A stretch of 64,000 nucleotides of DNA, from assembly GCF_009914755.1 (NCBI RefSeq), contig NC_060941.1, one strand, 5' to 3'. The DNA is from the human T2T-CHM13v2.0 reference genome, Homo sapiens. Both the position numbers and the translations under genes were made by a program. How positions within the stretch are numbered: position 1 is the first letter of the stretch; each line of letters opens with the position of its first letter. The notes under the pieces are model-generated. The model was given only the letters and a program-made list of their open reading frames with translations, searched no databases and was not told the DNA's origin. This document shows positions 38,792 through 55,574 of the stretch, in pieces.

Positions 38792-40357
38792 AGCAGTTTC
38801 GACAGGGGTTTATTTAAATTCTTATTTATTTTTAAAAATGAAAATGTAAATGTGATTTGCTATTAGCTCTGCTCTTAAACAGCACGGGACTCACCTGTCA
38901 GATTTCCTGGAGTGAGGGGGATGATGGTGCAGTGCCAGTCGTAGAATGGGGTGGGCCTGTTTCTGATCTAGAGAGGTCTACGGGGTTCCCCTGCACACCA
39001 GGCAACCACAGGGCCTGCAGAACTGCTTGTGTGTGTGTGTACCAGGGAGCACATAGGTGGCACTCCCTACGTGGTGCCCTCAGACCGTGATGTTGCAAAG
39101 CAATCCCTACCTGGGCATTTGTCTCCAAAAGCAGCAGCTCTAAGCAGCCCGTGGCTACCTCTGACCCTCCCAGGCTCATATAATAAACTATAGCATTTTA
39201 TGGCTGGTCTGTGCCCTCCACACTCAATCAGCATCTATTTCGAATTGTTACTGACTTATATGATGTTACCATTTGATTTCATTTGCTTGAGTGTTATCTT
39301 GCCAACTAGACTGACTTCTTGTTGTTGTTGGGCCCGTGATAATTCTTGGTGTGTCTCCCCATTGTCTAGCATGGGGTTTGGGCGGCACAAATCTAGCCAG
39401 GTGTTCTGTAAATATGTGTGGAGTTGAACTACCAACTTTGTAAATGCCTTGCTGCGTAATTTCTGCTCCCAGCTTGAAAACCTTAAGACAGGGCGGGTAG
39501 GAAAAGAGAGAAGATAGGAAAAGGGGTGTTCCTCGGAGGGAGATTAGCAATGTAGTGACCTTTAGGGATTACTCAGCAGAAGGGAGAAAACCTCCCAAGA
39601 GCTCCAGATAACTGGGATGGGGAAAATTCGGTTACCTCAGCCCCACTGGGTTGGGACCTGGAGAGGAAGGTGGACATCAGGAGGTCACAGCGTGCAGGAG
39701 AGGGAGGAAGGCAGCAGCAGTCCCTGGATCTGGGGACAGTGGCTTCGGGAAGCCCTTTCTGCTCGGGGACTTCTGCTGGGGCTGGGGCTGCTGGACTTCA
39801 TCCAGTTCCGGAAGCTGACCATTGCCTCTCCAGGCAGCCCTGAGATGGGGCTAACTTTGGGGAATCTCTTTTCCTTTTTTGGGAAATTTCTTTCTCGATA
39901 CACCCACGTACCCTGTAACTGGTGGGTGTGGAGGAGAGGCAAATTTCCCGAAAAAGGAAAAGAAATTTCTCAAATGCAGGCTGAGGTGAGGTGGGGTCCG
40001 GGCAGCCTCACAGACAAGTAAAAGCCTGAGAGATTTGGCTGGGCCCCTGGTTTTTCAGGAGTGGACAAAGCAACAATCTAGAAACCCAGATTGCTGCCTC
40101 TGTCCTCTGCCTTTGTTTCTCCACCTGTAAAGTGCTGCCCATGATTTTACCTAATTCTGTCACCAAGTTTTTGGGGACTGATGTCGAGCTGAGGTGTGGA
40201 TGTCACCAGACATCACTAGAAGGCTCTTGGGAGGAGCTCCAGGTCTAGAAGGAGAGTGGGAGCGCCAGGAGTTTAGGGTGGAGCAGGCCAGGCCATGAGG
40301 CTTTGGGATTCTCAAGGGCCTGCTCTCCAAGGCAAAAAGCTGATCAAATGCTTTTTC

Positions 40358-40670
<313 letters not shown>

Positions 40671-40679
40671 TGTTCGAAT

Positions 40680-41022
40680 GTTTTTAACTGTGGTAAGTAC
40701 ACTGGAAATTCACCATCTTAATCGTTTTTAAGTGTGCAGTTCAGTGGCATTAAGTACATTCACATTGTTGCACAACCACCACCACCGGTCTCTCTCCAGG
40801 ACCCTTTTCAACTTGCTAACTGAACTGTGCACCCATTGAACTATAACTCCCTTCCCCAGCCCCTGGAAACCCCCATGCTATTCTCTGTCTCTATGAATTT
40901 GACTCCTCCAGCACCTCACATAAATGGGATCATGCAGTGTTTGTCCTTTGTGACTGGTGTATTTCACTCAGCATAAGGTCCTGAAAGATCATCCTGGTTG
41001 GTGTCAGAATTTCCTCCCTCCT
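40680..41022 (-). mobile_element. L1MA/MB-type 3' end
   Basis: aagtgtgcagttcagtggcattaagtacattcacattgttg...tgtctctatgaatttgact. Confidence 0.8.
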
Positions 41023-41649
41023 GATTGTGGTAGGTCTGATGATCTTGGACCATGTCTGCTGACCCCAAGCCTCTCACACATGGAAGCCATGGAGAGACTG
41101 AGGCCACCTTCTGTGGCAGGCATGGTGCTGAGGGCCGGCCTCCATGGTGTGGAGCTCTGCTCCATCCTAGCCTGGAGAGTCCTTGAGCATCACGAGAGAT
41201 GAGAGCTGCCTGACTGTGTAGGGGCTGTGCTAAGGACTCATAATCTCAGCTCACATCCTCGGACATAGTAGAGAAAACACTTCTAGCTCTTGGATATGTG
41301 CCTTTTTCAGGGGCAACCTGGGAGTTTGTCAGTCCCGTAAGATGTGAAGTTCCAGCCTGAGAAATTAATTTGGGGTGCCTGTGTACTTGTGTATAAAGTA
41401 AACAGGCTTGGTCCAAAGGATCTTCAGAGCACTCCAGGTGCAGACAGGTTAGGATTCTGGTTTATTTTGAGTTTGCTTCCTATAGGAGAGTGTCCAGGAG
41501 GTTGCCTTGTTCTTGGGACCTCTGCTCACCTCACTCTTGACAAATTTCTGCAATTTTTGGTGGTATTAAAGCCATGAGCAGCCCAACGTTGCCTAGGCCT
41601 GTGAGAGCCTAGGAGGAGGGGCATTACCGCTGAGCCCTGCTGTCTTTAG

Positions 41650-42080
<431 letters not shown>

Positions 42081-42504
42081 TCCATGTGATTTCTAACCAC
42101 TCCATTTGAGAACTGCTGCTTCAAGCTCTGACTTTGTTTCCTCTAGCTCGGAGCTTTCCCAGGCAGGCGAGAGGAACCATCTGCTCCTCCTTGGTGCTGA
42201 GGCACCTCCCGGGCATCTGATTCTTTGGGAACCATAGTGGCTGCTGTGTCCGTAACAGAGCGGTTGAGAGGACACTAGGCCATGGAAGGCCTCTTCTGTG
42301 GTGAAGCTCATACCTTTCAGGACCCACATGAACATATGCAGACTAAATCCCTAGCAGAACCATGATGTGTAGGCTCTTAAAGGCGGTGGGTGGTTGGGGA
42401 GGCAGAGAAGTCTTCTGGGAGGAGACAGGTGGCACTTGGCTGCCTTTTCGCTCATCACAGAGATTCGGGAGGAGCCATGTGCCCGGCCGGGGCTCCTTGC
42501 TGGC

Positions 42505-42625
42505 ACTTTCTGCCCATTCTCTATCCTACTTCTCACAATGGTAGATACCATGTCCATTTCACAGTTGAAAAGACTGAGGCCCAGAGAGATTGCGAGGTGG
42601 CTCAACTAATGAGTGACAGACCTTG
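42505..42625 (-). mobile_element. MIR
   Basis: catttcacagttgaaaagactgaggcccagagag. Confidence 0.6.
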
Positions 42626-43707
42626 ATGTGTAGGCAAGGCAGACTCCTGCTGAGAGAGGGATGGTGTCTTTCCTTCACCAAGTGATCTTGTCCTTCACAT
42701 TCAGAGAGGCCGCTCCACCAGCACCTGCTGCCTCGTGCGGGTGGAAAATAGGGCTTGCTGGAGGCCAGGCAGGGCTCTCAGTGTCCTTCCTGACCCTCTG
42801 GTTTGTCTGTTGCTGCAGACTGACCCAACTATAGTAGCTGACCTGTGTCTTTATTAATGCCATTGAACCAAGCTAGCTGCAGGCCTGCAACGCTGTAGGG
42901 TCCACCTGCCTTCTTTGCTACATGGGCATATGAATATATATTCAGAGAGATTTACAGAAATCAGAACAATAAGAACATAGAGCCTGTAACTGTCTGAGAG
43001 GCAGAGAAGCTTCCTTAGGCCTGGAGGCCCTTCATGTTTAAAGGACAGGAAGGGGCAAGACAGGGAACCGGGGAAGATGTTTTATGGGTCAGTCTTATAC
43101 TTTCAGGTTTAGCTTTAAATCTGTCATGTTTCAGCCTTGCCCTGGCCTTTGTGCTGAGGTCCTGGTCGCAAGGGAAAGGAGGCAGGTCCTGTTGTGTGGT
43201 GCGTGGAGCCCGAGTACCTTAGGGAGGGCTTGTTGGAGTGGGGTCAGTAACTGTGGGGTCACCCAGGCCCTCTCTCCCTGTGTAGGCACCTCCCGGGCTA
43301 TTCGGACCACAGGAAGCCCTGTGTTCTTTCCTCCTCTGCTCAGCTGCTCATTTCTATTTCTGTGCTGTGTGTTTTCAGAATCAGATCATTTAAAAAAACA
43401 ACTTTGGACTCGGGTGTGTTTTCATCTTTACATGAGCCCCACGAGCAAGGTATGAGGGGCTGTTAATGGGGGAGGTAGCCCCCGCAGGCCCTCCCCATGC
43501 ATCGCATTCCCGCGGGGTCCCTAGGTGCTTTCAGACTTTTGGTTGAGAGACTTCGGTCTTTAAGTGGAATTCTGCACGGAGTCTTAATACAAGTTTTAAA
43601 ATGTATACAGTCAGGTGCTGCTTTATTTGAAGTTTTGGAATATTTCTGACCCCTCCCTCATCAACAACCCCTGCCCCTGGCAGCTGCAGAAAAGAATACA
43701 CACTGAC

Positions 43708-44068
<361 letters not shown>

Positions 44069-47000
44069 TCACAGACCTGTTCAGGAAAGGCACCTCTTCT
44101 TGTGCAATCATTTGATAATTTTTCCAAATGAATAAATTTATTTTTTAAAGATTTCCCAAAGTAGTCAATGTCTTCAAGCTCTTTGCCAGTGGTGACTGGT
44201 GAATGAGCAGTGCCCATGTTTATAGGTGAACTCTCAGGCACACGGAGGCTTGTGTTCACAAGGAGAAGCGGCTGGGTCCGGAGCACAGTCCATTGGCTTT
44301 CAGGGCTGGCATGGCCACGAGATTCCAGAAATTGAAGACAAGCCAAGGGTGTTGAGAAGGTTCTTCCAGGGTGTTGAGGATTTTTTACCCCTGCCCTCCA
44401 CCCGACTTGACTTTTCAGGACACAGAGCCTTAGATGAGTCCCCATCCCGTCTTGATTTGGTCATGACAATTGAGATGTTGCCTATTTGTAACAATGAATT
44501 CCTTAATGAAGGAAGGTAGATTCTTGGCTGGAAGATGAGGTCTGAACCAGTGCGGTGGAGTCTGTGCGATGCTCTTTTCAGCAGCAGGGAGTTGGTGGGA
44601 TAATAAGTGGGGCAGGGAGGGCCCTGCTCGACTGAGCTTCCTGTAGGCCACTTTGCCTTAGAGCATCTGTGGCCAGATTTAAGTTATTTTGAAACACTAA
44701 AGGTGAGTGAGCCAGGTCTGGGTGCAGGTGAACCCAGGTAGGATGGAAACGCTTCCTAAGTGCTGTGAAAGTAGAGGGTAGGGGTCATAAGGGAAGCTCA
44801 GAGCTGTTTGCTGACAAGTGACACCCACTTTTTTTCCCTGAAGTGTAATTTACGGTGACTCATGAAAGTTCACCCATTTGAGTGGAGCACGTAGAGGTCG
44901 GAGCATTCTCTGTACCTCCGTGGGAGCTTCAAGATGGATGTTCTCTGGAAACTGGAGGCTGAGCTTTAAGCCCCCTCCCTTCCTTTTGTCATAGTTGGGA
45001 GGTTGGGGGAGAAGAGCTAATGACAGGTCCGGGAAGGGCTTGGGACCCAGTCTTATAAGTCTCTTGGACCCGGAACTGTTAGGCAGGGGCAGGTTCTGCC
45101 TTTGGGAGCTTTCTTGTTGTTTGCACCTCTGCCCAGAGGCCCAAGTGACATTTCCCACACTGAAAGAATCAGGGAATGGAAGCCAGCAAAGGTTAATCAT
45201 GGGACTGTGTGGACCAAAAACAGCCAACTCCTGAGGGTGACAGTTGGGGGTTCCCACTGTGACCTGATCCAGACCTTCCATTTTGTAGTGAGGAAGCTTA
45301 GCTAGGGGGAGGGGGAGGGAGTGACTGAACCACAGATGTGGACAAGCAGCCGGGTCCCTGGATCTCCTGTCCCGACTTAGAGCCTGGGAGTTGCCCTTCA
45401 GGGAAGGAAAGAGGGAGAGGGAAGTGTGTGGGGCAGTTTGAATGTTCTGTGCCTCCAGTATTAGATGTTCTGTACCTCCAGTGTTGGAGTCATACGTGGA
45501 TGGCTGAGCCCTGTAGAGGGAAGAAGTTGGAGCAGAACGTGCCAGAGTGAGCAGGCAAAGAGGATCAGAGGAAGGGACCTCTGCAGGTACTGAGAGGGCT
45601 CTGCAGGTCACCCTGGGTCATTCTGGAGAGCCAAGAGAAGACACAGGTTGGCCCTGGCCAGACGCGAGTCCTCCCTGTGTTCCTAACCCGAGGACACCTG
45701 TCAGAGCATGCGGAGCACCTTGCCCTTAACTTCCACGAGGATCTCCCTCTACAGGACGGTGAGCGCCTCTAGGCAGCACTGGTGTCTGCCTGCGTAGACA
45801 GGGCACATGTTGGTTGGCTGGCGAATCAGGCAGCTGTCCTCCCCAGCTCTTTCTTGCTTGAGTTTCTGATGTAAAGATTTCAGGTAGGCCACTCCCAAAA
45901 GTCCCCCTTCTTTGAATCTCAGGCCGCACTGAGAGGATTTGGTGACCTCAGGTGCCCAGTGAGTGCCTTTCTGTCTCATCAGGACTGTCCCGTGCGCTTA
46001 CCTTCCTGTTACATAAGTGGTGAGTCAAGGACACAAAATGGGAATTAGCTGCCAGCCTGTGTTCAGGGCTATAATGAGATACCCACATTCTCTCTCTGCC
46101 TTCCCTGTGTTGCCTGAGTGGAGTGACTGCTGGCCACCCACAATTGATTATCAAGGGGCTGAAGAGGGGTTCCACCTGGTTATCCACTTAGGTGCTCTCT
46201 GTTCAGACTTTTGCCATGTGCACAGCTCTTTCAGTGATGGAAGGTGATGGGAGCGGCGAGAGCTGTCGTGAGGGTAAAGGGGTTTCTGTGGCCCACACCC
46301 CGCACTGGGGAGGCAGCCAGGAAGATGGGCTGTGATTGGCACCCTTGCTGGTCTATCTTCAGAGCTGTGGGTGGACTTCTCTGCAGCAGCTGTGACGGTA
46401 CCCTGCAGCGTGAAGGCTCGTGATAACGTACTGGGCGTCTCCCTCCCACACAGAGAGAAATGACTTTAGATATTAAGAAAGTGAAAAGCTTGGAATAGTT
46501 GGTTAGGAAACTAATTAAGTAAGAGCGGGGAAAGAAGTGTCAAAAAAAGTCATTTCATGGGAGGTGCAACAGAAAATATTTAGGGTTGAAAAAGCAAAGC
46601 CACATGGCTGGTGCTAGTGTCTTCACGTGTTTGTGCAGTGCTCACACACTTGCACAAACAGGGCTGGCAGCATGGAGCCAGACTGCAAAGTCCCCCAGGG
46701 GCACATCCCTTCCACTCTCACCTTTTAGGCTTCCCTTGCTCTGCCCCCTGCTGAGATCCCCACCTGCCTGGCCATGTCTTTTGCCTGGGGCATTCCTGGA
46801 AAATATATCATGTCCAAAAACAGTCTGATGAGCTGATCCACGTAGGGCACCACTTCTGGCAGGCAATGTAGTATGTTAGTGTCTTAGCCTCTCCTGGCCT
46901 CTGCAAGACTGTTTTTCAGAAAAATCTTTTCTTTGGCCGGGAAGGAAATGTTCTTTATGGTGGGGAAAACTCTCTGAACCCGGGGAGCAGTTGCACTGGT

Positions 47001-47208
47001 GGGATCTCAGAGATGCAGGTCAGCAGCACAGGGACCTTAGGAAGGAGGTGTCCTTCACCTTATGCCATGTACTGGCCTGAGGGCTGGTCCAGCCCACACA
47101 CAGGCACGGACCAGTCACTTGCAAACACCTGCCCTCAGTGTGTCAGAATCGAACTCCAGGGTGGCTTCCTTTGTGGGAGGTGCCAGTCACAGCACACAAC
47201 ATGGCAGG

Positions 47209-47535
47209 TGTGTTTGTTTCCTGTGGCCACTGTAACAAGTTGCCACAAACTTAGTGGCTTAAAACAACACATCTTTGTTCTCTGATGGCTCTGGAGGTTG
47301 AGAGTACAAAATGAGTACCACTTAGCTAAGGTCCAGATGTGAGCAGGGCAGCTTCCTTCTGAGGTCCCGGGGGAGAATCCCCTCTCCACTGTTTGCAGGC
47401 TCCAGTGGCCACCTGCCTTCCTTGGCTCGTGGCCTCTTCCTGTCACCACTACAGTCTCTTGCTCCTGTCATCACATTTCCTTATCCTCTTTGTCACATTT
47501 TCCTCTGCCTCCCTCTTAGATCAGAATCTGGATGA
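47209..47535 (-). mobile_element. MLT1 (MaLR) LTR fragment
   Basis: tttcctgtggccactgtaacaagttgccacaaacttagtggcttaaaacaacac...ccttggctcgtggcc. Confidence 0.8.
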
Positions 47536-47536
47536 C

Positions 47537-47690
47537 TTTTTCTTTCATTTTTTATTTTTTAGAGATTGGGTTTTTTTTTGTCACCTATCCTGGAGTGCAG
47601 TGGCGCAGTCATAGCTCACTGCAGCCTTGAGCTCCTGGGCCCAAGTGATCTTCCTACCTGAGCCTTTCGAGTATCTGGGATTACAGATGC
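47537..47690 (-). mobile_element. AluJ/FRAM right-arm fragment
   Basis: atagctcactgcagccttgagctcctgggcccaagtgatc. Confidence 0.75.
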
Positions 47691-50600
47691 TCCGGTGTTG
47701 AGCTCTGGGGAGTTCAGCAGGGCTAAGTAGGACTTGTGGGGGTGCTGCTAGGTGTGAGGTGTAGGCGTGAGAAACGGGGAAAGGAAGATGGGGCCACCAG
47801 AGACTGCCCTGATGGATGACATAGTCACCACCTAGGTATCAGCATCACCCCACTTCCAGAGCATTTGTGTTTTCAGTGTGAAGCAGGATCAGGGAATGTC
47901 ATTGCTGGAAAGGACCTGGAAGAGCCAGCCCCGTCCTCAGTTGGGGGCGATGGAGAAGTGGCTTTTGCTCCGGTTGGGGCAGTGTGGAGCCTGGCACTGC
48001 AGAGCTTTGAAGGTTTCCCTGACTCAAGTCAGCGTGGAAGCTGAGCCCCTCAATGTGTAGAGCGCAGCAGACACGACGCCTGGCCTCCTGTTCACTGATT
48101 CAACCCCAGGGGGAGGTGGGGAGACGGAAAAGACTCCTTGTCCTTGAGCAGGGTCGTCTTGTTGGTGAGACTGGTTTTGTGTTTCTCACGTGTGAGGTGC
48201 AGACAGGCATGGTGTTGCAGACCAAGACCTTGGGGCACGAAGGTGAAGGAACAGGGACAGAGCAGGTGGAGGAGGAGAGAGACTCCCTGGAGCCACAAGG
48301 CTCTGAAGGACTGTGCAGTCCCAGCTGTGACCTACCTCCAACCAGCCGCACTAAGGCAGGCTTGTCCCGCAGGGGCAGAAGGGTCTTACGGCCCCAACCC
48401 GTCCCCTGTCCTCATGTAGCTAATGCTTGCTTTTGGGCTTCTGTCTGTTCCTCTGCCTCGATGGAAGGGTGGTAGATGGGCTGCTCCACAAAGTCTAATA
48501 AGCAGTGAGTCATTGTCTTCCTCTGAGCCCACCAGGGTTGCACCTGGTGGCTGGGGAATGCTTTGTGATGCCCAGGGCCCAGCTGAGAAGCAGTGGTGTT
48601 GGGGTTCATCAGTGGTGTTGGCCGTCTGTCTGCAGGGTGCAGTGGCTGTCTTGGGGCAAAAGTCCAAGGCTCACTTCCTCTGGACACTGAGTACAGTTTT
48701 TGGAACCAGCAAGCGTCTGTGATCAGTGTAGAGGTAAAAAGAAATCACACACAAACCACAGTGCTAGCGTCCTCACTGTGTTTGCATTTAATCCTGAAAA
48801 TGGTCGCATGAGGAGAGCAGTAACTTGCCCAAAATCAGGGTTTTTCTGGGCGATCTGGGGGTTTTGCGTTGAGCCACAGGTTGGAGACCTGGTGGGTGGA
48901 GCTACTCTGGCTCCATTCCCATTCTGTGAGCTGGGGCCCAGACACGCCCTAGCCTGAAGGTTTTGGAGCCTTACCTGGTTAATGTTTGAAGATCTCGGCT
49001 ATGCCAGGATAAACTGGAGCAGGTATTTACACCTCTGCCAAGTGATGGGCCCTAACGCTGTCAGGTGGCCAATACCTGTGGAGCGTGCCGGCCACAGGGG
49101 AACACAGGGCCAGGAGTCCTCTTGGCTTCATCCCCCAAGACAGCTGAGGTTTGAAGATCTCGGGGGCGGTTGGGGAGGGGGTGGGGTTTGACTTGCACCT
49201 GGATATGGAGGACATGCTTGCCTGGCCCTGACTTCCAGTGGGTTTTCAGCAAGAGACCCACCGAGGACGACCATATATTCTGGTCCCAGCAGCGGACCCA
49301 GAGGCCGTTCTAGCTGTATCTGAAGGGGCCATGAGAACGGTAGGTGTGGGGTGGTCTGGGAAGGAGGGTCTTTGGGGACATCATCTAGTCCAGCCCTCAC
49401 CTTTGACAGATGAGGAAACTGAGACCCAGGGGGCAGGCAGGGTCCCCACTATCACTCCCAGTAGGCTTCAGAGACAGATGCCGCTTGCTCCGTGCAGCAT
49501 CCCTCCCTGCCCGGATTGGTGTGAACAGGGCAGTTGTCAGCGAGCAGTGAGCGACCAAGAGAGACACTCCTCAAGGCTCAGCCCAGCAGATGCTCTCGTG
49601 CGTATTAGGTGCTGGGTGACTGGGGGCTGAATGGAATGTGTTGTCCAGGGTCATGCGGCTGGTTGTCCCAGAACCATGGCTGGACAGCCGACCCTTTTCC
49701 AGTGCCCTTTTCACTACATCACATCCCTTGCGGTCCTCCCGGCCCTGCTTAAAGAGACAGGGTTGGTGCGGCTCTCCCTCAGGAAAAACCGAGGGTGCAA
49801 AGAATGGGGAGGGTGAGAGGCTGTGATGAGAGACATGGACTTGCAGTGGGAGAGGTGGGATGTGTGTTGCAAGAACGCCTTGGGTTTCTTGTTTCTTGGG
49901 GCCTCCATTCCGAGATGGAGAAGAGAATACTATTTGTGCTCCACGAGAAAAGATTAGGAAAACAGCCCCACTCCAGTGGACCTGGCAGCATTCTATATAA
50001 ACATCGACATCTGGGAGAGAGGTCCAGTTGAATATTGTTGCAAATGGACTTGTGCTCTTTTTGGGTGATGCTATGGCGACCCACACTAGAGGAGGGTGCT
50101 GGAGCCCAGCGTCAGGCCAGGGCCCTCTGTGGGAACAACCCCTTAACTCCCTGGGCCCTGCCTGGCTTGCTTTGTTTGACTGCCTGTACCATCTTGTCGC
50201 TTCTTCCACCATATTCCCCATGGCATCCTCTCCCCACTCCAAAGATGGGTGGTGTAAGCCCTACAAAGTGGGGCAGATGGCTAGAGCCACAGGTGTCAGC
50301 CTCATTCACATCATCCATGTGGCCAGACTTCAGCTTCCTCTTTCTCATGGTCTGAGGCGTGTTATAGTCGTGTTAAATGTCCAGCGCTAGAATTTTAGGG
50401 AAGGGGAGTGGCTGTGAATATATGTCAGGTGCACACTGTTTGGTCATCTGCTTGACTTGTGCTAGGCACTGTGATGTGCAGAATATGTCATTGTGACAGC
50501 TGCGTCCTCGAGGGTCAGGTTAGGTAGGTGGACACTTCTAATCTTTAGCCCCTCCCTTCTTAGTAGAGTGGGAGTGGGGGACGGAGAGGCCAGAGCCCAG

Positions 50601-51704
50601 TTGGTGGGAATTCCCGAAGGCTTCCCTCATCCTTTTCTTTCTCCTTGCTTGCTTCTATTCACGTTTTCTGTCTCCTGCAGCCCATGGGATCAGACCCTGC
50701 GCTGAGCTCCTTCACTGTGTGTCTGTTGCTGAAGTAAATGCAAGCCCTGTCCTTTCCAGAGCAGGAAAGGGGAGTAAAGTTTTCCTCCTGGGGTCATTTC
50801 ACCCTTGTTCTCTATCTCTCTCTCTCTCTGTCTCCTACAGAGACTCTGCAGGGAAACACAGGTGTAGGTAATGTCAAAGGACATCCAACTTGTGTTCTAG
50901 GACCACAGCCTCGCCCTTCTGTCGTGGCCCCCACTGGGTGAGGAGAGCGCCCCGGCCACACCAGGGGTCAGTTGTCGATGGAAAGGAATAGACGTGCAAG
51001 TGTGCATTTACTGTTTGTTCTGTCACTTACCAGCCATTTGAGAAGTCCTGGGTGCTGTGAGGTGGACTGTGCAGTAATTTGAAGGGTGGGGAGGGGTAAG
51101 AGGGCTGTTGCATAGAAGTCTAGCCTTAGAGTAACACATTTGAATTTTGGATAAACGGGTGGCAACGGCCATGCTGGTTTCCTTCATATATTGTTAGCCT
51201 TTTCCTGGCTGGGAAAAAAGCATTTGCCTAATTTTAGAACACATCAGTCATTTGGTTGAAACATCCTATTTCCCCCAAAGTCAAGTGTTTGAATTGTAAC
51301 AACTTTGGAGGCTTGGAAAGGATCTTCGCATAGTCCCTGCATGAACTCTCCTGCATTGGATGCCCTGTCTGAGGAGTTTGACCTAGGAGTTAGGGAAACA
51401 ATCTTTATTTCCAATGAAGAATTTTATGTATAAACACACCTAAAGAGAAGTGTAAAATGCTTGACCTGAGGACCTTGGGAGCAGTCTCTCAGACCCTTAA
51501 AACTTATTCTGTATTCTCATTGGTGTGATAGTGGGGCAGTAGTTTGTTGTTGTTATTTTTTCCGGGGCAGGGGGATTACATAAGATTTACCCATTTCTCT
51601 CCCTATCATGCAATAGTTACCCTTGGATCTTACTGTGCTCCCTGATATATGTGAAGGTTGAAAATGGGCCAGATGGGAATTTTAAAGGCAATGAGGGGCT
51701 TTAA

Positions 51705-53330
<1,626 letters not shown>

Positions 53331-54347
53331 TTATGGTCTTGGGCTTTCTCGAATGAGTGGCGACCCTTCAGAAGGAGGCTGTGTGTGTATATGGGGTGCG
53401 TGTAGGAATATCGACTGGCAGGCTTTGCCTTAGAAGGACAGGCAGGCAGGGCACCAGTTTGTTTTGGGAGAGACCCTAGAATGTCCGCACGTACGAGCCC
53501 TCTCGTCTCCATTACATGGAGAATGACAGTTTTAGGAGGTCTTTCTCTTGGGCTTGTTGGTTTCCCCTGATAGGAATTCTCTCATCTCCAATCTAGGAAG
53601 ACCTGTGGGCAGCAGAAGGGCTTGGGATGAGGGACTCAACTTTTAGGATGCAGACTTTCTTGGACTTTTCCTGCTGTTAGTCCTTCACCCCTACTTCCCC
53701 TGCCCCCTCAGCTGTGCCTGCTGCCCCTGACTCTAGGGGCCCTCCTAGGGCAACCCTCCGTGCTGGTCAGTATATAGGATTCTCTGGCCAGAGCCAAGCC
53801 CTGGGATCTGCCTGCCCTTGTACGGGTGCTGATCAGTTCTCCTGCTCTCAGCCCTGCCCCTGCTGTTGGAGTCCCCTCTGCCCCCAGGCCCTGAGCTTTC
53901 TGGTGTCTGCAGCAGTGCCAGCCTGCCTCCTCCTAGCTGTCCTCAGGAAGCTTCTTCCATGCCACCAGGCCACTTTCCATGTATCCAGCCACTTCCCACT
54001 CAAAGTTTACTTGATATCTTATATCTGCTCTTGTCTCCTCTCCAGCTTTTCATCCTTGAGAGTTTATACCTCCCCCCCACACACACTTTATGGTCATATT
54101 AATTAGGGTTTTAGCAGGCAATTGAACATTCTGGTGTGTTAAGTCACCTGTGTTTAACTGGAGGCCCCTCTGTGTGTCAGGAACTGGCCCGCAGCCTGTC
54201 GACACGTGTTGGTGTCCATCATGGGCATATCGTGCCTGCCTTGTACCCACCTGTTTCCATGCCACTGTTCCCTGTCCTTTCCCACACTGTCCCCTGTGTG
54301 GGTCATATTGTTGGTCTGGGCCTGTGTAGCTCTTTGTGCTTGGCAGG

Positions 54348-54361
54348 GTGTGTGTGTGTGC

Positions 54362-54406
<45 letters not shown>
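54348..54406. repeat. Compound (GT)n microsatellite: (GT)6G-cagg-(GT)21
   Basis: Read directly. Confidence 0.95.
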
Positions 54407-54407
<1 letters not shown>

Positions 54408-55409
54408 TCAGAGTCAATGCACATGCCTGCCAGGGGACCTGTGTGTGTTGGCATCCTGCATTAAATGTACCATCTATAATTTGCTCCAGTACCTTGGAGA
54501 AAATTTTATGAGGAAAAGATACTTTCATAAATAGTTGAAATTCCAGATTCTTCTGGTTGGAAACCCAAGGGTTAATGATGACTGTTGTTCCAGAAAGGTT
54601 GGAGGGAGAGGAGACAGTTTATCTCATTTCCCTCTGGTGAATAAGGCCATTTACTGATGGGGCCCAATCACCTACCTGGGACTAACAATAAGACCCTTGT
54701 TGTTGACTGGGCAGGTTCCACAGCTGATACTCCGGCTGCCTTGAGCAATACCATCAGGCAGATCTGGGGCTCAGCCCTGTCCTTACCCAGGGCCTCAGAG
54801 CACTAATATATTTTCCTTTTCCTCACTCCAGATGTCTTCCCAGTGACTCTCCTTGGGGCCTGGGGAAACCACAAGGGAGCTTGGATTCATTCACCCATTG
54901 CTGCCTTGCTGTGTGCCTCAGAGGGGCTCAGAGGTGGAAAATAAATATGAAAAAGCATCCTTGTCTTCTAGAATCTCGTCGGCTGCTGGGAAGACCAAGG
55001 GGCCAGCCATCGCAGGGAGCATAAGCACTGAGACAGGCACACGTGCCTGCCCGGCTATCGTAGCCAGGCTGGCAGCCTTGCAACTCCCTGGGGAAGAACA
55101 ATCTAGGAACATTCTGGGGTGTGGAGCAGGAAGGGAGTGTCACATGCAAAAGGCAGGATCAGCCAAAGCAGAGGGGCTGAAGAAGCAGTGATTCCCCCAC
55201 CTAATGTCAGAAGTAAAATCAGTTCATGGTGAAAATTTGGGGAAACAAAATCATGCAGCAAAATTGCCTATTAAACCCCACACGGAGGTAAAAATCGGTT
55301 CATATTGTGGTTATGTATCTATTCTCTTATGATGTGTATTTATGTGCTTATGTAAGACCTAAAAACAATAATTTTTAAATAAACCAGTTATTTTTAATAA
55401 GAATATTCT

Positions 55410-55574
55410 GGCCAGGCATGGTGGTTCATGCCTGTAATCCCAACACTGTGGTAGGCCAAGGTGGGCGGATCGCTTGAAGCCAGGGGTTCCAGGCTGCGGT
55501 GAGCTAGGATTGCACTACTGCACTCCAGCCTGAGTGACAGAGGGAGACCCTGTCTCTTAAAAAAACAAAACAAA
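55410..55574 (+). mobile_element. Alu monomer (FRAM/FAM-like)
   Basis: A single monomer from ggccaggcatggtgg to gagaccctgtctc, then an A-tail. Confidence 0.8.

Noticed and set aside
44850-45611. 253-aa minus-strand ORF
   Set aside because: Not clearly ATG-initiated, no recognisable homology, includes MIR-derived text.
49571-50242. 223-aa minus-strand ORF
   Set aside because: No domain, promoter or splice support.
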